Shown here: positions 63,699 through 64,000 of the stretch, piece after piece
Numbering within the stretch: position 1 is the first letter of the stretch
Layout of the letters: every line of letters starts with the position of its first letter
From: Malacoraja senta
Lineage: Eukaryota
NCBI GenBank assembly: GCA_038087875.1
Contig: CM075993.1
Coordinates: 5,706,001-5,770,000 of the forward strand
Length of the DNA stretch: 64,000 nucleotides
Direction: 5' to 3'
Notes under the pieces: model-generated
The model's database searches: none
Told to the model about the DNA's origin: nothing
What the model saw: only the letters and a program-made list of their open reading frames with translations
Made by a program: the position numbers and the translations under genes

Positions 63699-63925
63699 CA
63701 CAGGAAGACTCAAGCTAACCACTGTGATCATCGAAACAACAGTGTCGCATCCCAAGATGAATAATTTCATAGTACAACAACCCTGCTGACTCACAAAAAT
63801 GTATCACTATATACTTCATCGTATTAAGGTGTTTTCATTGTGAAACTTTGAATTGCAAGGCTGTTCTCACTCCATTTTCATTATTATGCAGTCTACATTC
63901 CACATTACCAAATGGAGTCAAGTTA

Positions 63926-64000
63926 AGGGCCTGTCCCACTTGGCCGTCATTTGCACCTCATTTACGCGTCATATGTAAAATAGGTCAACGTCGCACGCAA
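63926..64000. mobile_element. Left end of a Harbinger-type MITE, truncated by the window edge
   Basis: TTA-AGGGCCTGTCCCACTTGGCCGTCATT. Confidence 0.7.

Noticed and set aside
1..64000. CRISPR array or prokaryotic systems
   Set aside because: Spliced vertebrate locus; recurring motifs are dispersed transposon ends, not repeat-spacer arrays.

Overview
Vertebrate genomic DNA, very probably from a cartilaginous fish (skate/ray-like repeat content). It holds two convergent genes. On + are the last four coding exons of MAP1A (1-77, a 9,394-nt exon at 4115-13508, 16872-17104, 18740-18895), followed by a long, repeat-poor putative 3' UTR to about 26.3 kb. On - are several small exons from the C-terminal region of PPIP5K1 (63212-63119, 50866-50741, 43145-43083, 38988-38809); its final exons are unresolved near a 200-N gap. 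Introns are dense with HE1/V-SINE-like SINEs, CR1, L2, Rex1 and L1-type LINE fragments, PIF/Harbinger-type MITEs and microsatellites. The most notable system is an abundant family of short, mostly palindromic elements derived from the 3' end of a Penelope-like (GIY-YIG) retroelement. Many copies carry a minimal hammerhead-ribozyme-like core, several are flanked by 14-16 bp direct repeats, and one hairpin has been captured and re-mobilised inside a Harbinger-type MITE. Family names come from recalled motifs, not database searches, and repeat boundaries are approximate.
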